Assembly: GCA_964640465.1 (NCBI GenBank)
Contig: CAZXHR010000002.1
Location: 1 to 61,671, forward strand
Length of the DNA stretch: 61,671 bases
Direction: 5' to 3'
DNA from: an uncultured Opitutaceae bacterium
Lineage (GTDB): Bacteria; Verrucomicrobiota; Verrucomicrobiia; Opitutales; Opitutaceae
The position numbers and the translations under genes are program-made. Within the stretch, counting starts at the first letter, position 1. The number at the start of each line of letters is the position of its first letter. The notes below the pieces were generated by a model, which saw only the letters and a list, made by a program, of their open reading frames with translations, searched no databases and was not told where the DNA came from. Of the stretch, positions 18,908-27,217 are shown in pieces.

Positions 18908-19090
18908 TCAGGGCAGGGAGGCGCTAGTGAGGCGGGTTTTCTCGGTGCGCTCGATGAGGGTGACCTTGGCGTCGTGGATGACGATCTGGACGACTCCGAA
19001 GCGCAGGTCCCTGACTTTGTCGCGGACGATGTTCAGCCATTCGGGGGCATTCTCTGCGCTAGGAGCTTGAGGATTGGCTGTGGTGCTCAT
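18908..19090 (-). CDS. YezD/DUF2292-like small protein
   Basis: Start reset to the ATG at 19090, giving 60 aa. The core FGVVQIVIHDAKVTLIERTEKTRL resembles the DUF2292 pattern. It is the first gene of the minus-strand array. Confidence 0.6.
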   Translation of the reverse strand: MSTTANPQAPSAENAPEWLNIVRDKVRDLRFGVVQIVIHDAKVTLIERTEKTRLTSASLP

Positions 19091-19299
19091 GGAGACGGGA
19101 GAATTGGTAAGTGTCAGAAGAACAAAGTGAAGAGATGGATGTCGGGCTAGAAAGATGTAACAGGAGTAAAGAAAACAAGAAGACGCAGACATTGCAAGCA
19201 CTAATAAACCAAGATTACCTAATAACTAAACAAATGCCATGCTTCCCGCTCCTGTTTATCCCTGTCTTGTCCCTCGAAAGTACTTCATACGCTGCGTCG

Positions 19300-19550
19300 A
19301 CGCCTCGAGCGGGGCATTATCTGTTGCTCGAAGGCTTGATGGTGCAGTTTTCGCGAGCGATGCCCTCGGCGACATGCGTGTTCGATACCGGAGTACCGTG
19401 ACTCCGGTTACTCGGATACCGAGTATACGGTGTACCGTTACGATTGCGGTGCACGGATCGCTGCGCCACGGCGTCAACCAGCGCGCAGTGCAGGAGATCC
19501 TCGGGCACTCCGATCCAAGCTTGACCGGGAACGTCTTCACCGACGTTCCC
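19300..19550 (+). pseudogene. decayed tyrosine-recombinase (integrase) remnant
   Basis: The fragment LRHGVNQRAVQEILGHSDPSLTGNVFTDV resembles the C-terminal R/H...LGH...Y box of integrases, with Tyr replaced by Phe. Upstream pieces are in another frame (LLLEGL...). The region looks AT-richer. Confidence 0.45.
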
Positions 19551-19725
19551 GCGCTCTCTCTCCACTCGGAGATGGCGAAATTGCCATGGATCACGGAGGA
19601 AGGGCAGCGATTGGAATCGGTGTCACACCTGGTGTCACAAAACGGCGAGAAAACGCCCTCAGAGCCTTCTCTCCCCGAAATCCTGCAGCAACTGCGGGAT
19701 ATTCTGCAAAGTGTTCGGATTCAGG

Positions 19726-19761
19726 CAAAAACAAACCCGGCTCCGTTGGCGGAAGCCGGGT
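19726..19761 (-). terminator. rho-independent terminator (probably the ancestral tRNA-Asn terminator)
   Basis: Minus strand reads ACCCGGCT-loop-AGCCGGGT followed by TTGTTTTTG. It directly abuts the partial tRNA copy. Confidence 0.6.
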
Positions 19762-19776
19762 CTGAATCTGTAGAAT

Positions 19777-19821
19777 GGCTGCCCAGGCTGGGATCGAACC
19801 AGTGACCAAGTGATTAACAGT
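19777..19821. repeat. attL: 45-bp copy of the 3' half of tRNA-Asn
   Basis: 44 of 45 nt are identical to 28104-28148. The one mismatch (19802 T versus 28129 C) would break the T-stem. Confidence 0.9.
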
Positions 19822-19930
19822 TTCTTGGTTTGCCTGTTCCTCCTTGTCCATCATTGTCCGCTTGTGGCCGTCTGAAAAGACGGTTTTACCTCTGAGAAAT
19901 CAACCGGGAGCACAAGACGGAAGGGAAAAG

Positions 19931-21289
19931 ATGATGACAACCGAGGACACCAAAAACCGGACAGTAACCGGACAGACAAACCGGACAGACAAAACCGCCC
20001 GCCCGGCCAAGACGCATCAGGACTACTGGAAAACCCGCCTGAAACACCGGTGCTACCAAGACCGGGAGGGCAAGACGGTGGAGATCCCGGAATGGCAGGT
20101 CCGCATGTTCCATCTCGGCCGCGAAGTCTGGTTCAACCTCGACACCGCCAACCAGACCGCGGCGGCCATCAAAGCCCGCGACATCTTCCTTTCCCTCGTC
20201 TCCGCCGGTTGGACGGCCACCTTGGCGAAATACAAGCCGGGCACGCCCGCCAAGGTCGGGGGCTGCACGCTGGGCGAGTTCCTTGCCGACGTGGAGAAGC
20301 GCAGCCACCTCAAGCCCGCCACCGTCCGCCGGTATGCCGTGAAGCTGCGCAAGCTCGTTGCCGACATCGCCAAGGTCGAAGCCGGGATGAAAGCCAAGGA
20401 GCGCCGCAAGAAGTTCGATTACGTGAACGGCGGGCACGCCGAATGGCTCGCCAAGGTCGACGGCCAATCGCTGGCGTTGCTCACCCCGGAGAGTGTCAGC
20501 GGCTGGCGCAATAGCTACGTGGCCAAGGCCGGCACCGATCCGGTTGAGCGGAAGTCGGCGGAGCGCTCGGCGGCGACCGTTCTGCGGTGCTCCCGTGCGC
20601 TCTTCTCCCGCGACGTGCTGGCCATGCTCAAGGTCATGCTGCCGCCCGATCCGTTTGCGGGCGTGAAGCTGAAGGACCCCGGCCCGCAGCGCTATCACTC
20701 CGACGTAAGCCCGGAATGGGTGCTGGCGTGCGCGGAACGCGAGCTGAAGGCCGAACACTCGCAAGAGTTCATGGCGCTTCTGCTCTGCCTGTGGGGCGGC
20801 CTGCGGCGCAAGGAGGCCGACACCCTGACTTGGGCGCAGGTCGATTTCGGCGAAGCGCAAATCCACATCCGCCGGACGGAGCATTTCGAACCGAAGACCG
20901 AGGAGAGTCAGCGCACGGTCGACGTGCCGCCGGCGGTGCTCGACGTGCTCCGCGGGTTCAAGAAGGACAGCACATCGGAGTTCGTGCTCGATGGCGGACC
21001 CGCCAACCCGGCGGCGACCTACGATTACTACCGGGCCGACTGCACGTGGCGCCGGTTACACGCATGGCTCAAGGACAAGGGCGTTTCGCAACAGAAGGCC
21101 ATCCACGCCCTACGCAAGGAGTCCGGTTCGCTCGTGGCGTGCGCGTTCGGGATCGAGGCCGCCCGCCAGCATCTCGGGCATGGGGACATCCGCACGACCT
21201 CCGCGCACTACGTCGAAAAGAAACGCCGGATCGAGGTGCAACTCCCGACCGGCGAGAAGGCGGGCCAACTGCGGACGATGGAGGGGTAA
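19931..21289 (+). CDS. int: tyrosine recombinase/integrase
   Basis: C-terminal catalytic boxes AIHALRKESGS and LGHGDIRTTSAHY. The ATG at 19931 is preferred; the ORF-track start at 19844 is possible. Confidence 0.85.
   Translation: MMTTEDTKNRTVTGQTNRTDKTARPAKTHQDYWKTRLKHRCYQDREGKTVEIPEWQVRMFHLGREVWFNLDTANQTAAAIKARDIFLSLVSAGWTATLAKYKPGTPAKVGGCTLGEFLADVEKRSHLKPATVRRYAVKLRKLVADIAKVEAGMKAKERRKKFDYVNGGHAEWLAKVDGQSLALLTPESVSGWRNSYVAKAGTDPVERKSAERSAATVLRCSRALFSRDVLAMLKVMLPPDPFAGVKLKDPGPQRYHSDVSPEWVLACAERELKAEHSQEFMALLLCLWGGLRRKEADTLTWAQVDFGEAQIHIRRTEHFEPKTEESQRTVDVPPAVLDVLRGFKKDSTSEFVLDGGPANPAATYDYYRADCTWRRLHAWLKDKGVSQQKAIHALRKESGSLVACAFGIEAARQHLGHGDIRTTSAHYVEKKRRIEVQLPTGEKAGQLRTMEG
19952..19980 (+). 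repeat. 29-bp arm-type repeat containing CCGGACAG units (left copy)
   Basis: aaaaaccggacagtaaccggacagacaaa is identical to 28009-28037. A third CCGGACAG unit follows at 19981. Confidence 0.8.
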
Positions 21290-21544
21290 CCCAAGCGCGC
21301 ATTGATTTCGGATACACTGGATTACCACCTAAGGGCGCGATTGACATCGCCTGCCCAAGTTGATTCAGGTCTGTCAGCGGCCCAAACCCGGGGCTGCTCC
21401 GGACACCTCCTGATTATGTGAGCCCGGAGCAGTAGGACACTTTGGTACGCGGAACACGCCCGTCGTGCCTCCGCTTGTGCGGATGGATTGAGACCGGGCA
21501 CAACCGCCACTCTGAATGATCGCCTCGCGATCAAGGAGTTTCCT

Positions 21545-21754
21545 ATGTCCGAGAATACGCCCGCCGTAAGTGAACGGCGGTTTCTGAAGAGCAAACAAGC
21601 CGCCGAGAGAATCGGCGTCTGCAAACGAACATTGATCCGATGGAGCGAGACCGGAGTACTTCCCCGGTACAAGATCGGGAATACGGTTCTTTGGGCTGAA
21701 GACGAACTGTTACGCCTCATCCAGAATGGACGAGTTGGAGGGCCTGCCCAATGA
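21545..21754 (+). CDS. AlpA/excisionase-type HTH DNA-binding protein
   Basis: 69 aa. The stretch KQAAERIGVCKRTLIRWSETGVLPRYKIGNTVLW is the typical HTH_17/AlpA pattern. Confidence 0.75.
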   Translation: MSENTPAVSERRFLKSKQAAERIGVCKRTLIRWSETGVLPRYKIGNTVLWAEDELLRLIQNGRVGGPAQ

Positions 21755-21936
21755 CCGCGGCAGAACAGGCACTGACCTTGCGGCGGATCGCGTCGCTCAA
21801 GGAGGAGATCGCCACGGCACAAGCGAAGATGCCGCGGATGCAGGAGGCGATCCGTACCCGCCAGCAAACCCTTGTCCGGCTTGAGGCCAGACTCGCCCTC
21901 GACGAGTTGCGCCCGGCCCGCTCCTCCCGTGAATGA
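21751..21936 (+). CDS. small coiled-coil protein, unknown function
   Basis: 61 aa with an ATGA overlap on the alpA-like stop. Predicted helical (LKEEIATAQAKMPRMQEAIRTRQQTLVRLEARL). Confidence 0.45.
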   Translation: MTAAEQALTLRRIASLKEEIATAQAKMPRMQEAIRTRQQTLVRLEARLALDELRPARSSRE

Positions 21937-23317
21937 GTCGACCGATCCGGCCATCCCGGTTGCGGATTTGCTGGCGCGGAAAGTGTCCTTCTTCGCATCG
22001 GTTCGTGAAACCAGCCCATCGCAAGCCATGACGGTGGGCGGCGTCCTGGATGCCATGCGCGATGGCCGTTGGCGTGAGCCGATGGTAGCCATGCGCGCGG
22101 ACTTCCGGGAGGGCAGACAGGCTTACTACAAGGCCAAGAAAGAGGCCCTGCCGGCGGTGACCTTCTCCGGAGTGTTTGGCCGACACTCGATCACGGGCTT
22201 GCGCGATCACTCGGGGTTGCTGTGCGTCGACTTCGACGATCTTGGCGTCCGCCTTTCGGATGCTCGCCGGGCAATCGAGGCCGACTCCCATGCTCTCGCG
22301 GTCTTCGTTTCGCCTTCAGGCAATGGCTTGAAAGTCCTCGTCCCGATTGCGGCGGCCGATGCCGAAGGACACCGGCGGTGCTTCGATGCAGCTGCCGCAC
22401 ACTTCCGGCGGCTGGGCTTCGGTGCCGATGCTCACTGCCGGGATGTTTCTCGCCTATGCTTCGTTTCCTACGATCCCGACCTTTGGATTCGGCAAGGGGA
22501 GTGCGTGCCGTTCCTCGGTTCGTCTCCGGAGCCTGAAACCTGTACCTGTACGTCTGAACCCTGTACGTCTGAACCCTGTACTCTGAACCCTGTACTCTAT
22601 ACTACAGAGGAGGATCAGCGGGTTCTCGTGGTCAAGGCCCGTGCCCGTGCCGAGGCCAAGCAGCGGTTGGATGAGATGAAGAAACACTCGCCGGTCTTGG
22701 TTGGTCTGTACCGGTCAGAGTTGGAAGATCGGTTCGAACCGGGACTGCACAAACGGAATGCATGGCTGCTTGAGGCTGTCCCGTTCCTATTTCGTGCCTG
22801 CCATCGAGACGCGGCGGAAGCGCTGGCGCTGCTCCATCTCCGGATTCACCCGAAACTCTACGCTGGCCCGGAAGAGGAGCATCGAACCTCGTTCTTGGGC
22901 CTGTGGGAGGGGCTTGAGCATGAATACCCGGCCAGATTGTCGCTGTCCGAAAAGGACATCTACGAGCAATTGGACGAACGCGAACGGAGCGCATTCCGAA
23001 TCTGCAAGGATCTCGCACACGCGAAGAAAGATCGGACATTCTTCCTCGCCAGCGACCATCTTGCGGCACGCCTCGCCTTGGGGCCGGTCAAAGGATGGCG
23101 GCTCTTGCAGACATTCGAGAAGCTCGGATTCCTCCGGCTGGTTTCGAAGGGCGATACCTACGCCAAGGGGCTAGGCCGGCGAGCCCGGGCCAGCACCTAC
23201 CAGTGGCTTCTGCCGGATGCGCCTGCGACGGCGAGCGGAGCGCCAACGGCGGCAGGAATGAGCACCGATTTACCGGATAACGACAGGACACCCCCAACCC
23301 CAATCAATCCCCCATGA
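21872..23317 (+). CDS. primase/replication-initiation-like protein (VirE-N/BT4734-like N-terminal domain)
   Basis: The stretch LPAVTFSGVFGRHSITGLRDHSGLLCVDFDDL resembles the VirE_N/BT4734-like primase-associated domain. The start is uncertain: ATG at 21872, or an in-frame GTG at 21929. Confidence 0.55.
   Translation: MSGLRPDSPSTSCARPAPPVNESTDPAIPVADLLARKVSFFASVRETSPSQAMTVGGVLDAMRDGRWREPMVAMRADFREGRQAYYKAKKEALPAVTFSGVFGRHSITGLRDHSGLLCVDFDDLGVRLSDARRAIEADSHALAVFVSPSGNGLKVLVPIAAADAEGHRRCFDAAAAHFRRLGFGADAHCRDVSRLCFVSYDPDLWIRQGECVPFLGSSPEPETCTCTSEPCTSEPCTLNPVLYTTEEDQRVLVVKARARAEAKQRLDEMKKHSPVLVGLYRSELEDRFEPGLHKRNAWLLEAVPFLFRACHRDAAEALALLHLRIHPKLYAGPEEEHRTSFLGLWEGLEHEYPARLSLSEKDIYEQLDERERSAFRICKDLAHAKKDRTFFLASDHLAARLALGPVKGWRLLQTFEKLGFLRLVSKGDTYAKGLGRRARASTYQWLLPDAPATASGAPTAAGMSTDLPDNDRTPPTPINPP
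22533..22596 (+). repeat. iteron-like tandem repeats, 4 units of CTGAA(A/C)CCTGTAC(GT/T)
   Basis: Read directly. The units begin at 22533, 22554, 22569 and 22583. They lie in the interdomain linker of the pri/rep-like gene and encode PETCTCTSEPCTSEPCTLNPVL. Confidence 0.75.
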
Positions 23318-23661
23318 AACACCTCCTCACGCCCAAGGAAGACGCCTTTGCCCGAGCCATCGTCAGCGGATGCGGGCCCTCGGAAGCCTATCGGGCAGCC
23401 GGGTATTCGACGCGAGGGACGCCGGCGACCATCGCAAGCGAAGCGTCGCGCGTTCTGGCCCGTCCGCATGTGGCGGACCATATCGCCGCACTGTTGGAAA
23501 GGGCCGAGTCCAGATGCGTCCTCGATCATATCGAGCTGCGAGAGCATTGCGCCAGAATCGCGCGTGACCCTCGCCAGCCCGCAGCGGCGGTGCTCTCGGC
23601 GGTGATGCTCGACGCCGCACTCGCCGGGGAGTTGAAACCAAGCCGATCCCGGCGCCGCTAG
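23314..23661 (+). CDS. terminase small subunit-like protein (Terminase_2-type N-terminus)
   Basis: LTPKEDAFARAIVSG...EAYRAAGYS...ASRVLARPHVADHIAALL matches the pattern typical of phage TerS N-termini. There is an ATGA overlap with the pri/rep stop. Confidence 0.65.
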   Translation: MKHLLTPKEDAFARAIVSGCGPSEAYRAAGYSTRGTPATIASEASRVLARPHVADHIAALLERAESRCVLDHIELREHCARIARDPRQPAAAVLSAVMLDAALAGELKPSRSRRR

Positions 23662-23769
23662 GGCCGGAACAGCGGCGGAATCATTCGCCTGCCCGCCGGG
23701 CATCTTCGCGGAGGTCGAGGGATAGCACGGGAATGTCGGATGCGGCCCCCGTCGGAATCATGGCGTCGT

Positions 23770-24576
23770 TCAGCCGTCCCGCCGCCGCTTGATGCCATTC
23801 ACTGTGCAGAGCGTCATTGTCGCGATCGCCGAGAGCCAAAGGAATCCATGGATCATGCGGCTCCAATCAAGCCGCAGCGATTGCCGAAATCTGTCGCTGT
23901 CGCTCGGGACACGTCCGTTCGACGGCCAAGGGGGGTCCTGCGCGAGGAAGAACCGGGGGCCTAGATGGTCTTGGTAGATCACAGTATGGCCGGAACCGAT
24001 CTCTCGCGTGTAGAATGGAAACGAGAGGCTGAGCACGGCGACGACAAGAATCATGAACCCGAACCGCCGGACGACGGGCGATGATGCCCGATGAAGCAGG
24101 CGCTCCGCTGCCGGGTGAACTCCAAGTGCGGCAAACGAGTTCGAGCTGTGCCCGGTTGTCTGGCGCTGGCCCGGCCCCTGTGCAACGGCCTCAAACGCTC
24201 CCTCGGTATTGTGGTCCTCTTCCAGCGATCCCGGCTCGTCTTGCGCTCCGGGATTGGGCTGCGATTCGCCGCAAACGCATCCTCCGGTGTCGGTATCGGA
24301 TGTCTCTTGTTGCTTCCCTGCACGAAGCAAGGCCACCCGCTCCCTGATCGCGCGGTTCATCTGCTCTGCGAACTGGTCGAGATGGTCGGATCGTTTCAGA
24401 ATGCCTGCATCGACCAATGGCATCACGACGGTGACAACGTATTGTCGATTCTCGTTCGACAAGACGTCGCCGTTGTCGATCGCCTCTTGGAAAATCGATA
24501 GCAACTGCGCTCTCGAAATCCGCCCTGCATCGCTGTCGGCAATCGCGACTCCCAGCATTTTAGTGATTTGGGCCAT
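23770..24576 (-). CDS. hypothetical membrane protein (island cargo)
   Basis: 268 aa: an N-terminal soluble helical region, an acidic/Gly linker, and two C-terminal hydrophobic segments. No family was recognised. Confidence 0.55.
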   Translation of the reverse strand: MAQITKMLGVAIADSDAGRISRAQLLSIFQEAIDNGDVLSNENRQYVVTVVMPLVDAGILKRSDHLDQFAEQMNRAIRERVALLRAGKQQETSDTDTGGCVCGESQPNPGAQDEPGSLEEDHNTEGAFEAVAQGPGQRQTTGHSSNSFAALGVHPAAERLLHRASSPVVRRFGFMILVVAVLSLSFPFYTREIGSGHTVIYQDHLGPRFFLAQDPPWPSNGRVPSDSDRFRQSLRLDWSRMIHGFLWLSAIATMTLCTVNGIKRRRDG

Positions 24577-24635
24577 ATCAGGGTCTCCATCTAGTTCAGG
24601 TGGGTTCTACGAGGTGCGAACAGGGTTTGTTACCC

Positions 24636-27137
24636 CTACGGCGTCTCCCCAAGCGAAGCCGGAATCGCGGCGCGGTTCCTCTCAATGATGGCTTGCTGCC
24701 TTTCGCCTATCCGCCCAATCGCGCCAATAAGCTCCCAGAAGCCTTCACGATCCTCCTGCTTCGTGAAAGAGATCTTCTTGTCATGAAGGACCCATGTATC
24801 TCGCGCGGCCAGAAAACGCACCGCCTCTTCAATCTTGTCCACAATACCTTCCTCCAATGCCCAAAGCTCGACGCCATCCTTAGCCGCTTCTCGGGCATTC
24901 AGGTCGAATGCCAACAGACATCGCCGCTTCTCCTCGGATGAGATGGGCAGGTTCTCGATCTTTGTTCGGAATCTGGACATCAACCCCATGCTGATCGGCT
25001 TGAACTTGGCGATGACCGCTCTCGCTCGCCGGATTTTTCCCGTGGCTTCAACAAACCCAGGGTCGTTTTTCATGCGAGATGGCAGCACGCACGTATCAAG
25101 ATCGATTTCTCGAAATTCATGGAGGTAGGCATCGCGGATAGCTGTCGCCTCTTCTATCAGCTCGTTTGTGAGGCGTAAGGCCATTGCCTCCTTCCCTTCG
25201 GCAGTCTGTTTTTCTGGAAGAGGACGGACCGAATCTTTGATAGATGTCGCAGATTGAGCAGCACCCGATGCGGCGGATGCAGAAATCGATTCTGGTGTTG
25301 GCTCGGGTTGAGCCACCGGGGAGTTCGTCTGCGCTGCGAATGCGGTTCGGGCATTCGCCCGTAATGCCTCCTCCTTTCTCTCCAGCTCTTCATCAAAAGC
25401 GCTCATGGCACGTTCTCGGAACATCGCATGGAGCTCGGTTTTCTCCTGTGCTGCGCGCGCGGCTTTCATTCGACTCGAAAAATAGCCATTCACCATCGCC
25501 AGTGCGGCGCCGAAGAGGGCTAGGACCAGAAGCCAAGCCGGAGTATTCCTTCGCCTCGCTGGGGGCGCTCCCACTGCCACAGAATCCGGAGCATGCTGCT
25601 CGGGCGAGTTCTCCCTGTTAAGCAGACTGCCGTCGGCACTCGCAGGTTCGCCGCCTATCCTTGACGTGGGCTCCGAGTCACTGTGCGCTCCGGTGGGATT
25701 TGCACGCGGGTTGTTTCTACGAAAAAGCGAGTAGCCAAGGCACATAGCCGCAAGAAGCGCGAGGTTTATGGCGTGTCCTGCCATATCTATCACAATATCC
25801 CCAACGCTCCAAGGTGCGCTGGGGTTTTCGAGTGATGCCGCCATGCTTTTTCTCTTCTCGATCCGCTCTTTGATTCGACCGTGGAACTCGGCCGGGGTGA
25901 GCTTCATCGGCTCACCGAACACTTGAGCCGTGTACTGGAGCTGGAGCGCATCGTACTGGTTCGCAACGTCCTTGGCCGGGAGCTTGAACGCCACCGCCAT
26001 CGCATGGACGTTCGCCATCCACATGCGGCGGTTCTCCGACTCCTGCGGATCGTCCGTGCTGTAGATGTAACTCACTGCACGCTCGCGCTCCGGCTCAGTG
26101 AGCGCGTTGAGGAAGCTGGTCTGGTCGCCGAACATCGCCTCGATCTTGGCGCGCTCAGCGAGTTTTTCCTTGGTCAGATACTTGTGATTGCCTCTCTCTG
26201 TTTCACTACTCCCGTTCTGCGCACTGGGCTGCGATGGAAGATGGGGAGATGTGGCTGTCGGGGCGGATAGCGCGTAGTTCTCGGTGATCACAGGTGCAAC
26301 GCTGAGGCCGGCGAGATAGAACAAAGCCAGAGAAGCCGACGCGATGAACGAAGTACTACGCTTTTGCCGTGGAAACAGCGCCGGAATGCACAAGAACAGA
26401 TAGGCGAGGAACAGCGACTGACCCAACCACTCAGCGAGCGGCGTGCGGTTTCCGCTCCACGCTGCCGCCTGCAAGAGAAGGCAAAGAATGACAGTTATCC
26501 AAACACCGGGTGCTATCAGGGGATTTGCAGCCCCATTTTGACTAGCTCGCCTGTGTTGATTTGGACTCTGGGGCGCAGGATCGGGTTTGGGTGAGTCTTG
26601 AGGCGGTGCATCCGGAATACTGGGGGTCGGTTGTGATCCCACTCCCAACGGTGTTCCACCCGTTGGGTCCTGCGCTGGCTTGGCGGGGACAGGGGATTGA
26701 AACACCACCGCCAAAGTTCGCACAGCCATCCCGGCCCAGATCAGCAGGAAGATCAGTACCGAAACCGGCCGCACTTTTTCATCTAGCAGTTCGCAGAATA
26801 CTATGCCGAAAACCGGAGTGGCACCGAGGCACCCGAGCAGAGCGAGAGGTGGCAGCCAGCTCCAACGCTTTGCGTATCCAGACATCTGCCGCAGCAGCCA
26901 GAGAAGCCCAATCGAAACGAGTGAGATCCAGACCCAATTCAGCAATGTCGCGCCAATGTGGAATCTCCCGCGCTCGATCACGTCCAAAACGAAGTCATCG
27001 CCGCCGTTCGGGAACGTCGTGCAAACGAGGGCGGCGACAAAAACGATAACCTTGGTTGAGCGTGACGGTTCAGTGAGGGGCATTAGCGCAAGGGAGTTGA
27101 GGCAGGGGGCGCAAGGAGTCGGTGCCAATAGGCGCAC
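24636..27137 (-). CDS. large polytopic membrane protein, unknown function (island cargo)
   Basis: 833 aa. It has an N-terminal multi-TM block with a Pro-rich linker, a central soluble region, further TM segments, a coiled coil and a C-terminal globular region. No catalytic motif was recognised. An alternative start lies at 27083. Confidence 0.6.
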   Translation of the reverse strand: MRLLAPTPCAPCLNSLALMPLTEPSRSTKVIVFVAALVCTTFPNGGDDFVLDVIERGRFHIGATLLNWVWISLVSIGLLWLLRQMSGYAKRWSWLPPLALLGCLGATPVFGIVFCELLDEKVRPVSVLIFLLIWAGMAVRTLAVVFQSPVPAKPAQDPTGGTPLGVGSQPTPSIPDAPPQDSPKPDPAPQSPNQHRRASQNGAANPLIAPGVWITVILCLLLQAAAWSGNRTPLAEWLGQSLFLAYLFLCIPALFPRQKRSTSFIASASLALFYLAGLSVAPVITENYALSAPTATSPHLPSQPSAQNGSSETERGNHKYLTKEKLAERAKIEAMFGDQTSFLNALTEPERERAVSYIYSTDDPQESENRRMWMANVHAMAVAFKLPAKDVANQYDALQLQYTAQVFGEPMKLTPAEFHGRIKERIEKRKSMAASLENPSAPWSVGDIVIDMAGHAINLALLAAMCLGYSLFRRNNPRANPTGAHSDSEPTSRIGGEPASADGSLLNRENSPEQHAPDSVAVGAPPARRRNTPAWLLVLALFGAALAMVNGYFSSRMKAARAAQEKTELHAMFRERAMSAFDEELERKEEALRANARTAFAAQTNSPVAQPEPTPESISASAASGAAQSATSIKDSVRPLPEKQTAEGKEAMALRLTNELIEEATAIRDAYLHEFREIDLDTCVLPSRMKNDPGFVEATGKIRRARAVIAKFKPISMGLMSRFRTKIENLPISSEEKRRCLLAFDLNAREAAKDGVELWALEEGIVDKIEEAVRFLAARDTWVLHDKKISFTKQEDREGFWELIGAIGRIGERQQAIIERNRAAIPASLGETP

Positions 27138-27166
27138 CGCGGAGGATACGAGCTGACGTTTCGTTT

Positions 27167-27210
27167 TACGGCATGTCGTGCCGTTCTGTCAAAGTCTCCG
27201 ATACGGCATG
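27167..27210. promoter_or_regulatory. candidate operator in the divergent xre/cargo control region
   Basis: A 17-bp palindrome ACGGCATGTCGTGCCGT sits at 27168-27184. TACGGCATG is repeated at 27167-27175 and 27202-27210, between the 833-aa gene and the XRE gene. Confidence 0.35.
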
Positions 27211-27217
27211 ATGGGGC

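Noticed and set aside
22533-22605. Short tandem repeats considered as a CRISPR array.
   Set aside because: The units are 14-15 bp and directly abutted, with no spacers. They lie inside an ORF and there are no cas genes. They are iterons or a microsatellite, not CRISPR.
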